Source of the DNA: an archaeon
GTDB lineage: Archaea; Iainarchaeota; Iainarchaeia; Iainarchaeales; CSSED10-239
Reading direction: 5' to 3'
Length of the DNA stretch: 32,000 bases
Assembly (NCBI GenBank): GCA_041657425.1
Contig: JBBABY010000010.1
Coordinates: 1-32,000, forward strand
Under the pieces are notes generated by a model that ran no database searches, was not told where the DNA came from, and saw only the letters and a list, made by a program, of their open reading frames with translations. Of this stretch, positions 1 through 8,318 are shown in pieces. The translations under genes and the position numbers were made by a program. How positions within the stretch are numbered: the first letter of the stretch is position 1; each line of letters opens with the position of its first letter.

Positions 1-527
1 CAATGGAGAATTTTGGAAAAACTTATCAAGCTTATGATAAAGACCCAACTGGAAACGGTGTTGATCAATTAAAGAAATTAGTAGAAACACTAAAAACAAA
101 TCCAACAGACAGACGAATGATTGTTTCTGCTTGGAATCCTTTAGACATTAAGCACATGGCTTTACCTCCATGTCATTATGGTTTTCAAGTCACAGTAATA
201 AATGATAAATTAAATTTACTATGGAATCAAAGATCGGTTGATTCAGCACTTGGTCTTCCTTTTAATATTGCAAGTTACGGATTACTTCTTCATCTTCTAG
301 CAAAAGAAGCAAAATTAAAGGAAGGGAAATTAATTGGTTTCTTAGGAGATACACATGTTTATGTTAATCATTTAGAGGGGTTAAAAGAACAATTATCAAG
401 AACACCAACAGCTCTTCCAAAGATAGAAACAGAGAACTTCACTTCAATCTTTGATTGGAAATATACAGATACAAAAATTATTGACTATAAAGCACAACCA
501 TCAATCAAGTTTGAAATTGCAGTTTAA
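1..527 (+). CDS. thyA: Thymidylate synthase ThyA, C-terminal about two thirds (5' end lies outside the window)
   Basis: Frame is open to the window edge. Motifs: DRRMIVSAWNPLDIKHMALPPCHYGFQV (catalytic Cys), LGLPFNIASYGLL (Asn, so dUMP-specific rather than a dCMP hydroxymethylase), GDTHVYVNH, and the typical C-terminal ...KFEIAV. Confidence 0.93.
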   Translation, partial: MENFGKTYQAYDKDPTGNGVDQLKKLVETLKTNPTDRRMIVSAWNPLDIKHMALPPCHYGFQVTVINDKLNLLWNQRSVDSALGLPFNIASYGLLLHLLAKEAKLKEGKLIGFLGDTHVYVNHLEGLKEQLSRTPTALPKIETENFTSIFDWKYTDTKIIDYKAQPSIKFEIAV

Positions 528-544
528 ACCCAAAGGAAAAGAAA

Positions 545-1030
545 ATGAAAAAAGAAACAATTATAATCGTAGCAATTGCAAAAAACTATGTAATAGGTAA
601 AGACAATAAGATTCCTTGGCACATTTCTGAAGATTTTAAAAGATTTAAGAAATTAACAACTGGCCACCCAGTAATTATGGGTAAGAATACTTATCTTTCT
701 CTCCCAATTAAACCACTGCCTCAAAGGCCAAATATTGTTTTAACTTTTCCTGATGATTCGTGGACAGCAGAAGGCATAATTAAGAAAAATAATCTAAAAG
801 AAGCAATAGAGTTTGCTCATACAATAGATAGCACAGTTTATATCATTGGAGGCGCAAGTGTTTATAAGCAAGCAATGGAATTACCAGAAGTAAACAAACT
901 TGAAATAACTAGACTTGATAAAGAATATGAAGGAGATACTTTCTTTCCAATTATTGATACAAATACTTGGACAATGATTAATGAAGAAAAGCAAGACGGC
1001 TATTCTTTTCAAACATATTTAAGAAAATAA
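545..1030 (+). CDS. folA: Dihydrofolate reductase
   Basis: 161 aa. Classic DHFR motifs: IIVAIAKNYVIGKDNKIPWH, DFKRFKKLTTGHPVIMGKNTY, YIIGGASVY. Starts 17 nt after thyA. Confidence 0.9.
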   Translation: MKKETIIIVAIAKNYVIGKDNKIPWHISEDFKRFKKLTTGHPVIMGKNTYLSLPIKPLPQRPNIVLTFPDDSWTAEGIIKKNNLKEAIEFAHTIDSTVYIIGGASVYKQAMELPEVNKLEITRLDKEYEGDTFFPIIDTNTWTMINEEKQDGYSFQTYLRK

Positions 1031-1033
1031 AAA

Positions 1034-2131
1034 ATGGTGAATAACATGATAATTGGCATAACTGGATTTTTAGCAAGCGGAAAAGGAGCAGTTTCAGAAC
1101 TTTTAAAAGCAAAAGGCTTTACAGTCTATTCTTGCTCAGATGAGATTAGAGAAGAATGTAGAAAAAGTAATGTAGAAATTACAAGAGAAAATCTTCAAAG
1201 AGTTGGTAACGAACTTAGACAGAAGTTTGGTCCAAATGTCTTAGCAAAAAGACTAGCTGATAGAATTACTCTTCAAGGTCTTGATAAGAACTATGTAGTT
1301 GAGTCAATTAGAACAGAAGGAGAGATTGAAGAATTAAAGAAACTTCCAAACTTCAATCTAGTTTCTGTGGAAGCAGATAGTAAAATAAGATATGAAAGAG
1401 CTAAATTAAGACTAAGAGAAAAAGAACAAATCTCAAGCTATGAAGAATTTATGGCTTCTGAGAAAAAAGAATTAACTAGTAATGATCCTAATTCTCAAAA
1501 TCTAGAAAAATGTAAGCAACTTGCAGAATATAAACTCAATAATGATGGACCTTTAGACATATTAGGGTCACAAGTAGAAGACTTGCTTTTAAAGATTCAA
1601 ATAAAAAATAGAAATAAACCATCTTGGGATGAATATTTTATTAGAATTACAGATGTTGTTTCAAGAAGAGAAAGTTGTTTATGCGTTAACTTTGGTGCAG
1701 TTATTGTTAAAGATAATGTTATCAAATCAACAGGGTATGTTGGAGCACCAAGAGGAACAAAAGATTGTTTTGAAAAAGGTTATTGTTTAAGAAGAAAGTT
1801 AGAAATTCCTTCAGGACATAGATTTGAACTATGTACAAGTGTTCATGCAGAACAGAATGCAATAATTAATGCAGCAAGAGATGGAGTTTCAATTGTTGGA
1901 GGAACCATGTATATTGTTGGAAAAAGGACATATCAAGGAATAGTTAGTCCTACCAATTCACTTCCTTGCTTTATTTGTAAGAAAATGATAATTAATGCAG
2001 GAATTATTAGAGTTGTTTGTTCAATGCCTGATGGAAGTTATAAATCTTATAATGTATCAGATTGGGTAGAAGATTGGAAAAAGAATGACATTATTGATGA
2101 TAAAGAAAAATATGGAACAAGCTATAAATGA
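1034..2131 (+). CDS. Fusion protein: P-loop kinase-like domain (dephospho-CoA-kinase/UPF0200-like) plus dCMP deaminase (zinc cytidine/deoxycytidylate deaminase fold)
   Basis: N-terminal Walker A GITGFLASGKG. C-terminal half has VHAEQNAIINAA and PCFICKKMIINAGI (H-A-E and PCxxC zinc ligands). Starts 3 nt after folA. An alternative start is ATG 1046. Confidence 0.85.
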   Translation: MVNNMIIGITGFLASGKGAVSELLKAKGFTVYSCSDEIREECRKSNVEITRENLQRVGNELRQKFGPNVLAKRLADRITLQGLDKNYVVESIRTEGEIEELKKLPNFNLVSVEADSKIRYERAKLRLREKEQISSYEEFMASEKKELTSNDPNSQNLEKCKQLAEYKLNNDGPLDILGSQVEDLLLKIQIKNRNKPSWDEYFIRITDVVSRRESCLCVNFGAVIVKDNVIKSTGYVGAPRGTKDCFEKGYCLRRKLEIPSGHRFELCTSVHAEQNAIINAARDGVSIVGGTMYIVGKRTYQGIVSPTNSLPCFICKKMIINAGIIRVVCSMPDGSYKSYNVSDWVEDWKKNDIIDDKEKYGTSYK

Positions 2132-2607
2132 AATTTTTTATGAAATCAATAAAATCAATATTAGTTGCAGTAGTTAAAGAGCTAAATAAACAGAATATAG
2201 GTTATTATGCAACAGGCGGAACTGCACTTTATTTAAGAGGAATCATTGATGATACTCAAGATGTAGATTTATTTGTAAATTTTAAAGATTTAAAAAAATT
2301 AAGAGAAATTTATTCTAAATTTATAATTCCATCAGAGCATAAAGTAAAGAATTATCTTAATTTAAGAATAGAAGGAAGAGAAATAGAATTTATTGGTGTA
2401 AATTCAACTTGGGATAAGCAATCTTATGTTCAATTAAAGAATAGAGATTATGATATTATTAAATTAAATAAAACACACGTAAATATAAGTACTTTGAAGA
2501 ATTTAATAACTTGTTATGAATTTGCTTATAACCAATTTGGAAAAGAAAAACACTTAATGAGAATAGAATTAATTAAAAATTATTTATATAAACATAAAAA
2601 AGCTTAA
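2128..2607 (+). CDS. Nucleotidyltransferase-fold protein (minimal NTase-like), function unknown
   Basis: YYATGGTALYLRGIIDDTQDVDLFV resembles the G-x-RG ... D-x-D NTase signature. Its ATG overlaps the upstream stop (ATGA at 2128-2131). Confidence 0.5.
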   Translation: MKFFMKSIKSILVAVVKELNKQNIGYYATGGTALYLRGIIDDTQDVDLFVNFKDLKKLREIYSKFIIPSEHKVKNYLNLRIEGREIEFIGVNSTWDKQSYVQLKNRDYDIIKLNKTHVNISTLKNLITCYEFAYNQFGKEKHLMRIELIKNYLYKHKKA

Positions 2608-2676
2608 GAAAACATTTATATTCTCTTTTATCTATTGTATTATTATAAATTTATAAAATTAAAACGGTGATAATAG

Positions 2677-3027
2677 ATGATAGGAATAACAACAAGAACT
2701 AGTCCATATAGATTAGATAGTAAATCTAAAGAACCAATAGAGCTTTATTTAAAATTAACAAATAGTCCAATAAAGAGATTATTAAGCATAGATGTTACTT
2801 TAGATGAAGATTTAAGTTTTGATAAAATTAAACCAATTAATACTGATTATAAGAGATTAGGCGATTTTACTCCAGGACAAGCAAAAGAAGTTAAATATAT
2901 AATCTACCCTGCAGTTGGTGCAATTCCTGGACTTAAATCAGTAAAGGTAAGAATTGGAGAGCATAGTAAAGACTATAATTACATTGATAGTAAAACTGAA
3001 AGTACAATAAAAATTAATATGATTTGA
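2677..3027 (+). CDS. Hypothetical protein (116 aa)
   Basis: Clean ORF in the same orientation as its neighbours, with GGTGA upstream of the ATG. No motif recognised. Confidence 0.5.
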   Translation: MIGITTRTSPYRLDSKSKEPIELYLKLTNSPIKRLLSIDVTLDEDLSFDKIKPINTDYKRLGDFTPGQAKEVKYIIYPAVGAIPGLKSVKVRIGEHSKDYNYIDSKTESTIKINMI

Positions 3028-3031
3028 ATTT

Positions 3032-3298
3032 ATGACTCCAAATATTAAACCAAGACTTGCATTTAAGATTGCAAAAGAAAAAAGACGAGAAAAGGCATGT
3101 AAAGGACACGCAAATAAAAAAGCAATGGCTATTCAAATAGACCAACTAAGAATACAGATAAAAAGATTAACTTCTGAAAAGAATTTAAGTAAAAAACAAA
3201 TAGAAGAATTAAAACGAAATTTAGAAGAATTACAAAAAAGATACAATCAATTAGATGATGAGTCAGTAAATACAAGTGCACTTTATAGTAGATATTAA
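3032..3298 (+). CDS. Hypothetical basic coiled-coil protein (88 aa)
   Basis: Lys/Arg/Glu/Gln-rich heptad-like sequence (QIDQLRIQIKRLTSEKNLSKKQIEELKRNLEELQKRYNQL). Starts 4 nt after the previous gene. Confidence 0.45.
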   Translation: MTPNIKPRLAFKIAKEKRREKACKGHANKKAMAIQIDQLRIQIKRLTSEKNLSKKQIEELKRNLEELQKRYNQLDDESVNTSALYSRY

Positions 3299-3318
3299 TT
3301 ATCTTTATTTGATTTGTT

Positions 3319-4026
3319 ATGAATAAACAATTAAAACTAATTTTAGAGGATCTTAAGAAAAAAGGAGACTCCAAGAAAGCAATTGAACAGAAGAGATACC
3401 TTAAGAGTCCATATCAAATGTATGGAATTTGGGGAAAGGATCAAGATTCTGCAGTTAAGCAGTTTTATTTATTAAATAAGGAAATAGACAATAAAGAATT
3501 GTTTAAGATACTAGAAGATTTGTGGAAAAGTAAATGGCACACAGAGAAATCTTTTGCTATTGGTATTGCAACTTATTACACAGATCAATACACCGAGAAA
3601 GAATTATTGTTTTTTAAAAAATGGTTAGATGAATGTACTGGTTGGGACCACACAGATGGAATATCTGGATTTATTATTGCACGAATGGTTGTGGATAATT
3701 CTAAATTGAAAAAAGTCATCAATTCTTGGACAAAAGAGAATTGTATGTGGACAAGAAGGGCGAGTCTTATTAGTTATATAAGATCTTTAAGGAAAGACAA
3801 TAGAGATTTACAAGATGTTTTTAATAATATAAAACCATTAATGCATGAAAAGGAATTTTTTATAAGAAAAGCAATTGGCTGGGTATTAAGAGAAGCAAGT
3901 AAAAAATATTCAAAGGAAGTAATTGCTTTCGTTAAAGAAAATAAAGATGAACTTTCAAATCTTTCTAAAAGAGAAGCTCTAAAAACGATTTTATTAAAAA
4001 AAGAATTATCTAAGTATTTATCTTAG
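3319..4026 (+). CDS. DNA alkylation repair protein (AlkC/AlkD-like HEAT-repeat glycosylase family)
   Basis: Family hallmarks in order: EQKRYLKSPYQMYGI, LWKSKWHTEKSFAI, GWDHTDG, WTRRASLIS, FFIRKAIGWVLREASKKYSKEV, LSKREALK. Confidence 0.85.
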   Translation: MNKQLKLILEDLKKKGDSKKAIEQKRYLKSPYQMYGIWGKDQDSAVKQFYLLNKEIDNKELFKILEDLWKSKWHTEKSFAIGIATYYTDQYTEKELLFFKKWLDECTGWDHTDGISGFIIARMVVDNSKLKKVINSWTKENCMWTRRASLISYIRSLRKDNRDLQDVFNNIKPLMHEKEFFIRKAIGWVLREASKKYSKEVIAFVKENKDELSNLSKREALKTILLKKELSKYLS

Positions 4027-4829
4027 ATAAAATCTCTAATTTCTGTTTGTTTAGTAGTATAATCTGGAACATTTAATTCATAATCCATTACAAAATCAGT
4101 AAATTCTTTTTTTGCATACTTATAGCATTTCATCATATTATCTAAATGTTCATCTCTAACTTTGGTATCAGGATTTAAAAAAGGAGTAAAGTCATAGCCC
4201 ATTTTTTTGTATTTCTCAGATTTTGCAAGTTTAAATGGAATTTCATATAGTGCTAGTCTTTTCTTGTAATTATCTTTTCTATATCTTGCATTAATTATTC
4301 TTGTAATTATAAATCTATTTGCAAATTGGAAAAATACAATCCCCGCAATTGATACTTTTATTCTATTTTTGTAAGTGTCATAATATTTTGGATAAGTTTT
4401 CTTAAAACAAATTTTAACTAATTTTAATGGAAATTTTGGCAATGGTATTTTATAATTTGGAAATTTAGTTTCTAAATAATACTCAGAAACTACGTGTAAA
4501 ACATTATTATAAAATCCTTTTTCTTTAAAGTAATTATGAACATGTTTATCTAGTATTAAATGAGAAATAACTCCAAGGGCAAATAGTCGTTCTTGTTTAT
4601 TTTGAGCATTATCAAGAAGTGATTTTCCATAAATATATTCTATATCGTGTTCTAAGATAAATGTGCTGAAATTTGGTTTATTAGTTAATGTTCTAACATC
4701 TGTAATAAAATGAATATCAGGAAAAATTGCCCCTTGCGATAAATATTTTAAATCCGAGTGTGCAAACAATTTAGGATTTTCTTCTATTAAGTCTTTAACT
4801 AATTGAATGTGTGCAAATAATGATGGCAT
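4023..4829 (-). CDS. Hypothetical His-rich protein, possibly a metal-dependent hydrolase (zinc phospholipase-C-like motifs)
   Basis: 268-aa ORF. MPSLFAHIQL..., GAIFPDIHF and GVISHLILDKHVH suggest metal-binding His/Asp clusters. The functional call is weak. Confidence 0.45.
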   Translation of the reverse strand: MPSLFAHIQLVKDLIEENPKLFAHSDLKYLSQGAIFPDIHFITDVRTLTNKPNFSTFILEHDIEYIYGKSLLDNAQNKQERLFALGVISHLILDKHVHNYFKEKGFYNNVLHVVSEYYLETKFPNYKIPLPKFPLKLVKICFKKTYPKYYDTYKNRIKVSIAGIVFFQFANRFIITRIINARYRKDNYKKRLALYEIPFKLAKSEKYKKMGYDFTPFLNPDTKVRDEHLDNMMKCYKYAKKEFTDFVMDYELNVPDYTTKQTEIRDFI

Positions 4830-4885
4830 TTTAATTACTTAGTTTTAGTTTTAATTAAATAAAAGAACTACAAATGTATTTTAAA

Positions 4886-6391
4886 CTATTTCTTTTCTAA
4901 TGTTGCCTTTTTTATATCTAGGTAACCAGTAAATTCGTTTTGTAGAATCTTTTTAGAAGAACTAATTTTTATTTGTTGTTTAAAGGATGGTCCATTAAGA
5001 ACAAGAGTTTCATACTCTCCCCCTTCTCCTGCAATATTAAGTTTATATTTCTGATTTAGCTTTTTAAGTTCTTCAAGATCCTTTTTATCAATGATTTTAC
5101 CTAAGAATTTTTCAGCCATCCCAAGAGCGGCAATTTTACAAATTATAAATTTAAAATTATTATCTAGAAGTAATTTTATTTCATCCACTTCTTTCATGTG
5201 CCATAATGGTGCATAAAGTTTTAATCCAAGATCTAGACAAATATTTTCAATTCTTTCCTTTTGATAAACACTATAAAGTGCCCCAGCAACAATTCCAGTT
5301 ATTCCATATTCTTGTTTTGCAGAAGTTATTGCTTTTTTAAGATCAGTAAGTTCTTTTTCTTTTTCTCCTTTTGTTTTTGTAATTAAAAGAGGAATATTAA
5401 GAGCTATAGACTGTAGTTTTAAAAACTCAAGTTCAGGTGTTTGAAACATATAAGAGTCTTTGTTATCTGGGATCAAAGAAATTAAACAAGAAATATCATA
5501 GTTTTGTTTCTGCATTAACCAAAGAGAAAGATTAGAATCTTTTCCTCCAGAGTAAAGTGCTCCAATTTTTATTTGTTTTTTTCTTTCAAAAGAAGATAGA
5601 TAATCAGTTTTTGTTTTAAATTTATTCTCTTTTGTAAGTTTTTCAATTACTCTATCAGAATTGCTACCATATTGGCAAGCTACTTTTTTTCTTTCAGCTA
5701 GCTCTTTTGATAACCCAAGATCATTTGTAATTTCTCTAATTACAATTTTGTTTTTGGTTTCTGAAAGTAAAAATTTAGGATTAATAGTTAACGCATAATT
5801 AATAATGCCTTTATCAAGATATGGGCAATCCACAGTTATTCCGAAATGTTCTGCAATAGCTTCATCTCTAGACAGATTATCTTCTTGGAGATTATCTAGA
5901 CATTTCTTTGTTTCTTTTTTAATATCTTTAGAATCTTTAAATTTGCTGTATCCTGCAAATAATTCATCAGAACCAAGTCCAGAAAAGATTACATTTATTC
6001 CTTTTTCTTTTGCTTTCTTACAAGAGAGATATCCAGGTATTGCAATACCCACTTTAATTGGATTAGTTGAATCAATACTAGTAATTATCTCAGAAATTAT
6101 TTTTGGAATATATTTTTTTTCACAAGAGATTATTTCTAATTTCAAATCAAGTTCTTTTGCTGCTTTTTTTGCATAAGCTAAATCTTTTGCTTCAGTTGTA
6201 TCTTTAACATAAGCAAAAAAGCAAGTAAACTTTATATTTTGTTTCTTTAGAAGCATTGCAAGAAGGCAAGAATCAACACCCCCACTAAATAATAAACCAT
6301 ATTTTTTAGATTTATCTTTCGTTCTAGAAGTAATTGATTGTTCAAGAAGATCAAGTAATTTCTTCTTTGTTTGATTTAAACTAATGTTCAT
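4886..6391 (-). CDS. Double PP-loop fusion: asparagine-synthase-like adenylating domain (no glutaminase domain) plus Dph6-type diphthine-ammonia ligase (DUF71/MJ0570-like) domain
   Basis: First PP-loop LLFSGGVDSCLLA with FSGLGSDELFAGY (Asn_synthase C-domain pattern). Second PP-loop GALYSGGKDSNLSL with AGEGGEYETLVLNGPSF (Diphthami_syn_2 pattern). Confidence 0.8.
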   Translation of the reverse strand: MNISLNQTKKKLLDLLEQSITSRTKDKSKKYGLLFSGGVDSCLLAMLLKKQNIKFTCFFAYVKDTTEAKDLAYAKKAAKELDLKLEIISCEKKYIPKIISEIITSIDSTNPIKVGIAIPGYLSCKKAKEKGINVIFSGLGSDELFAGYSKFKDSKDIKKETKKCLDNLQEDNLSRDEAIAEHFGITVDCPYLDKGIINYALTINPKFLLSETKNKIVIREITNDLGLSKELAERKKVACQYGSNSDRVIEKLTKENKFKTKTDYLSSFERKKQIKIGALYSGGKDSNLSLWLMQKQNYDISCLISLIPDNKDSYMFQTPELEFLKLQSIALNIPLLITKTKGEKEKELTDLKKAITSAKQEYGITGIVAGALYSVYQKERIENICLDLGLKLYAPLWHMKEVDEIKLLLDNNFKFIICKIAALGMAEKFLGKIIDKKDLEELKKLNQKYKLNIAGEGGEYETLVLNGPSFKQQIKISSSKKILQNEFTGYLDIKKATLEKK

Positions 6392-6481
6392 AGAAACATT
6401 AAAAAAGAAAACAAATATAAAGTGTTTTGTTAAATCTTTTATTTATAATATTAAGATAATTCTAATTTAAGAGGAAACAAC

Positions 6482-7381
6482 ATGGCACCAACACCAAGAA
6501 GAACAATAAAACCAACGTTTAGGCAAAAAATTAAAACTGGAACGAAGACTTTAGGAAAAAAAGCAGCATTAGTGGCATTGGGTGTTACACTGTCTACTGG
6601 TGCAGGATATAATTTAGTCAATTTAGCAAAACCAGTGAATTATAATATTTCCACAAAAATGGCGCATGGTAATAATTTATCTACAATTGATAATGTAGGT
6701 ACTAGATTATCTGAATTAAATAATAATAAAGAAAATAGAAATAAAGGAATTATTTATGGATTTGATGGCAAAGAAATAAAAAAAGTAAGAGTTGATCCAC
6801 AAAAAGTTGAAAAAATCTTATTAGAGCAAAGAAAGAATTATGAACTTATGGAGACACAAATCACAGAAAAGATAAATAATTTTAATAGAGATGCAAGAGT
6901 TGGTGAAATTTATTTTTGGAATGGGCAAAAAATTTCTAGAATTGTATTAGATCCAGTAAAAGCAGGGAATATATATAAAAGATTATCTCCTGAAACTGAG
7001 TTAAAAATCGAATCAATTATTGATAATATAGTTAAATCTAGAACTGAAAATAAAAATGAAGATATAAGGAATGAATTTTATACCAAAGTTGTAAATAGAA
7101 TGCGTAAAGCAGATAAAGAACATTTTAGAGAGTATTTTGCAACACTTCCATTGGATAAATTTGCTGAAGAAATAAAAAGATATAATCCTGATCAAGTAAT
7201 CGAGATAAATAAATTAATAAAAGAAATAAATCCAGAAGTACTTGATTTAATACAAAAAGACGCAAAAGTGAATAGTATTATTATAGGAAGTGTAACAGGG
7301 GCACTATCTCTTTTCAATTTTTTTGTAGTATATGGGTGGGGCAAAAAATTATTTTCAAAAAATGCAAATAAAAAAATCTGA
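6482..7381 (+). CDS. Hypothetical protein with N- and C-terminal hydrophobic anchors
   Basis: 299 aa. Basic N-terminus followed by AALVALGVTLSTGAG. C-terminal IIIGSVTGALSLFNFFVVYGW. GAGGAAAC lies upstream of the ATG. Confidence 0.55.
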   Translation: MAPTPRRTIKPTFRQKIKTGTKTLGKKAALVALGVTLSTGAGYNLVNLAKPVNYNISTKMAHGNNLSTIDNVGTRLSELNNNKENRNKGIIYGFDGKEIKKVRVDPQKVEKILLEQRKNYELMETQITEKINNFNRDARVGEIYFWNGQKISRIVLDPVKAGNIYKRLSPETELKIESIIDNIVKSRTENKNEDIRNEFYTKVVNRMRKADKEHFREYFATLPLDKFAEEIKRYNPDQVIEINKLIKEINPEVLDLIQKDAKVNSIIIGSVTGALSLFNFFVVYGWGKKLFSKNANKKI

Positions 7382-7466
7382 AAAAAGTAGAAAATAATTT
7401 CTGTAAATAAATGATTTTTTTAATTATTTTACTTTTATTGATATACCTAAAAAAAGATGGCATATA

Positions 7467-8243
7467 ATGGAAAAAGTAAAAACATTTTATAATAAACACC
7501 CTTATCCTAAGGCTGGACAGTACACAAGTAATCAGAAGAGAACAAATAAGAAACTAATTTTGAGTATACTACAAACTGCAGGTTTAAAAGAAAAAGATCT
7601 TGTAGGAAAGAGAATACTTGATGCGGGTTGTGGAACAGGAGAAAAATCTATCTTTTTTTCTAAGGCTGGAGCAAAGGAAGTAGTTGCTATTGATTTTTCA
7701 ATTGAACAATTAAAGGTGGCAAAGAAAACTTCAAAGAAAGAGAACTGTAGGAACATTATTTTAAAAGAAAAAGATTTATTGAATGATAATCTTCAAGAAT
7801 TGGGAAAATTTGATATTATTGTTTCGCTTGGAGTTCTTCATCATACAGAATCTCCAGAAAAAGCATTCTCGTTAATTGTTGGACAACTTAAAGATGACGG
7901 AATAATTGTTATTGGTTTATACCACAAATATTCAAGAGCGAGGTATTGGTTTCAAAGAAAGTTATTACACACATTTGTTTCAAAAGATCCTGACACAATT
8001 ATTAACTTTTTAACCAATAGCCCATTAACAAAGAAATTCCACAAGGCTCCAATTTCAACACTTTATGATAGATATACAGTTCCTCATGAAAGTTATCACA
8101 CTCTTAAAGAAGTAAAGCATTGGTTTAAGAAAAATAATGTCCAATTAATGAGCCACAAAAATATAAGAAATGAAAAAATAGAACTTCTTAATTTATTTGA
8201 AAAAAAGACTATTTTCTTTGTTTCTGGGAAAAAGAAGAAATAA
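7467..8243 (+). CDS. Class I SAM-dependent methyltransferase
   Basis: Motif I ILDAGCGTGEKSIFF, acidic loop VVAIDFS, motif IV-like DIIVSLGVLHH. Confidence 0.85.
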   Translation: MEKVKTFYNKHPYPKAGQYTSNQKRTNKKLILSILQTAGLKEKDLVGKRILDAGCGTGEKSIFFSKAGAKEVVAIDFSIEQLKVAKKTSKKENCRNIILKEKDLLNDNLQELGKFDIIVSLGVLHHTESPEKAFSLIVGQLKDDGIIVIGLYHKYSRARYWFQRKLLHTFVSKDPDTIINFLTNSPLTKKFHKAPISTLYDRYTVPHESYHTLKEVKHWFKKNNVQLMSHKNIRNEKIELLNLFEKKTIFFVSGKKKK

Positions 8244-8249
8244 GCTTTT

Positions 8250-8284
8250 ACCCTGGACATTTAAGTTATTTGGTTGTCCAGGGT
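8250..8284. promoter_or_regulatory. Perfect 10-bp inverted repeat ACCCTGGACA-N15-TGTCCAGGGT between the methyltransferase stop and the Fic start
   Basis: Read directly: 8250-8259 is the reverse complement of 8275-8284. It is GC-rich relative to the flanks. It could be a terminator hairpin or an operator. Confidence 0.5.
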
Positions 8285-8318
8285 AAGATTTATATATATT
8301 TCTAGATATAGATATATT

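Noticed and set aside
2128-3027. MNT-HEPN-type toxin-antitoxin pair (nucleotidyltransferase gene plus the following 116-aa gene).
   Set aside because: The downstream protein shows no Rx4-6H HEPN motif and looks beta-rich rather than helical. The NTase gene is translationally coupled to the dCMP deaminase fusion instead.
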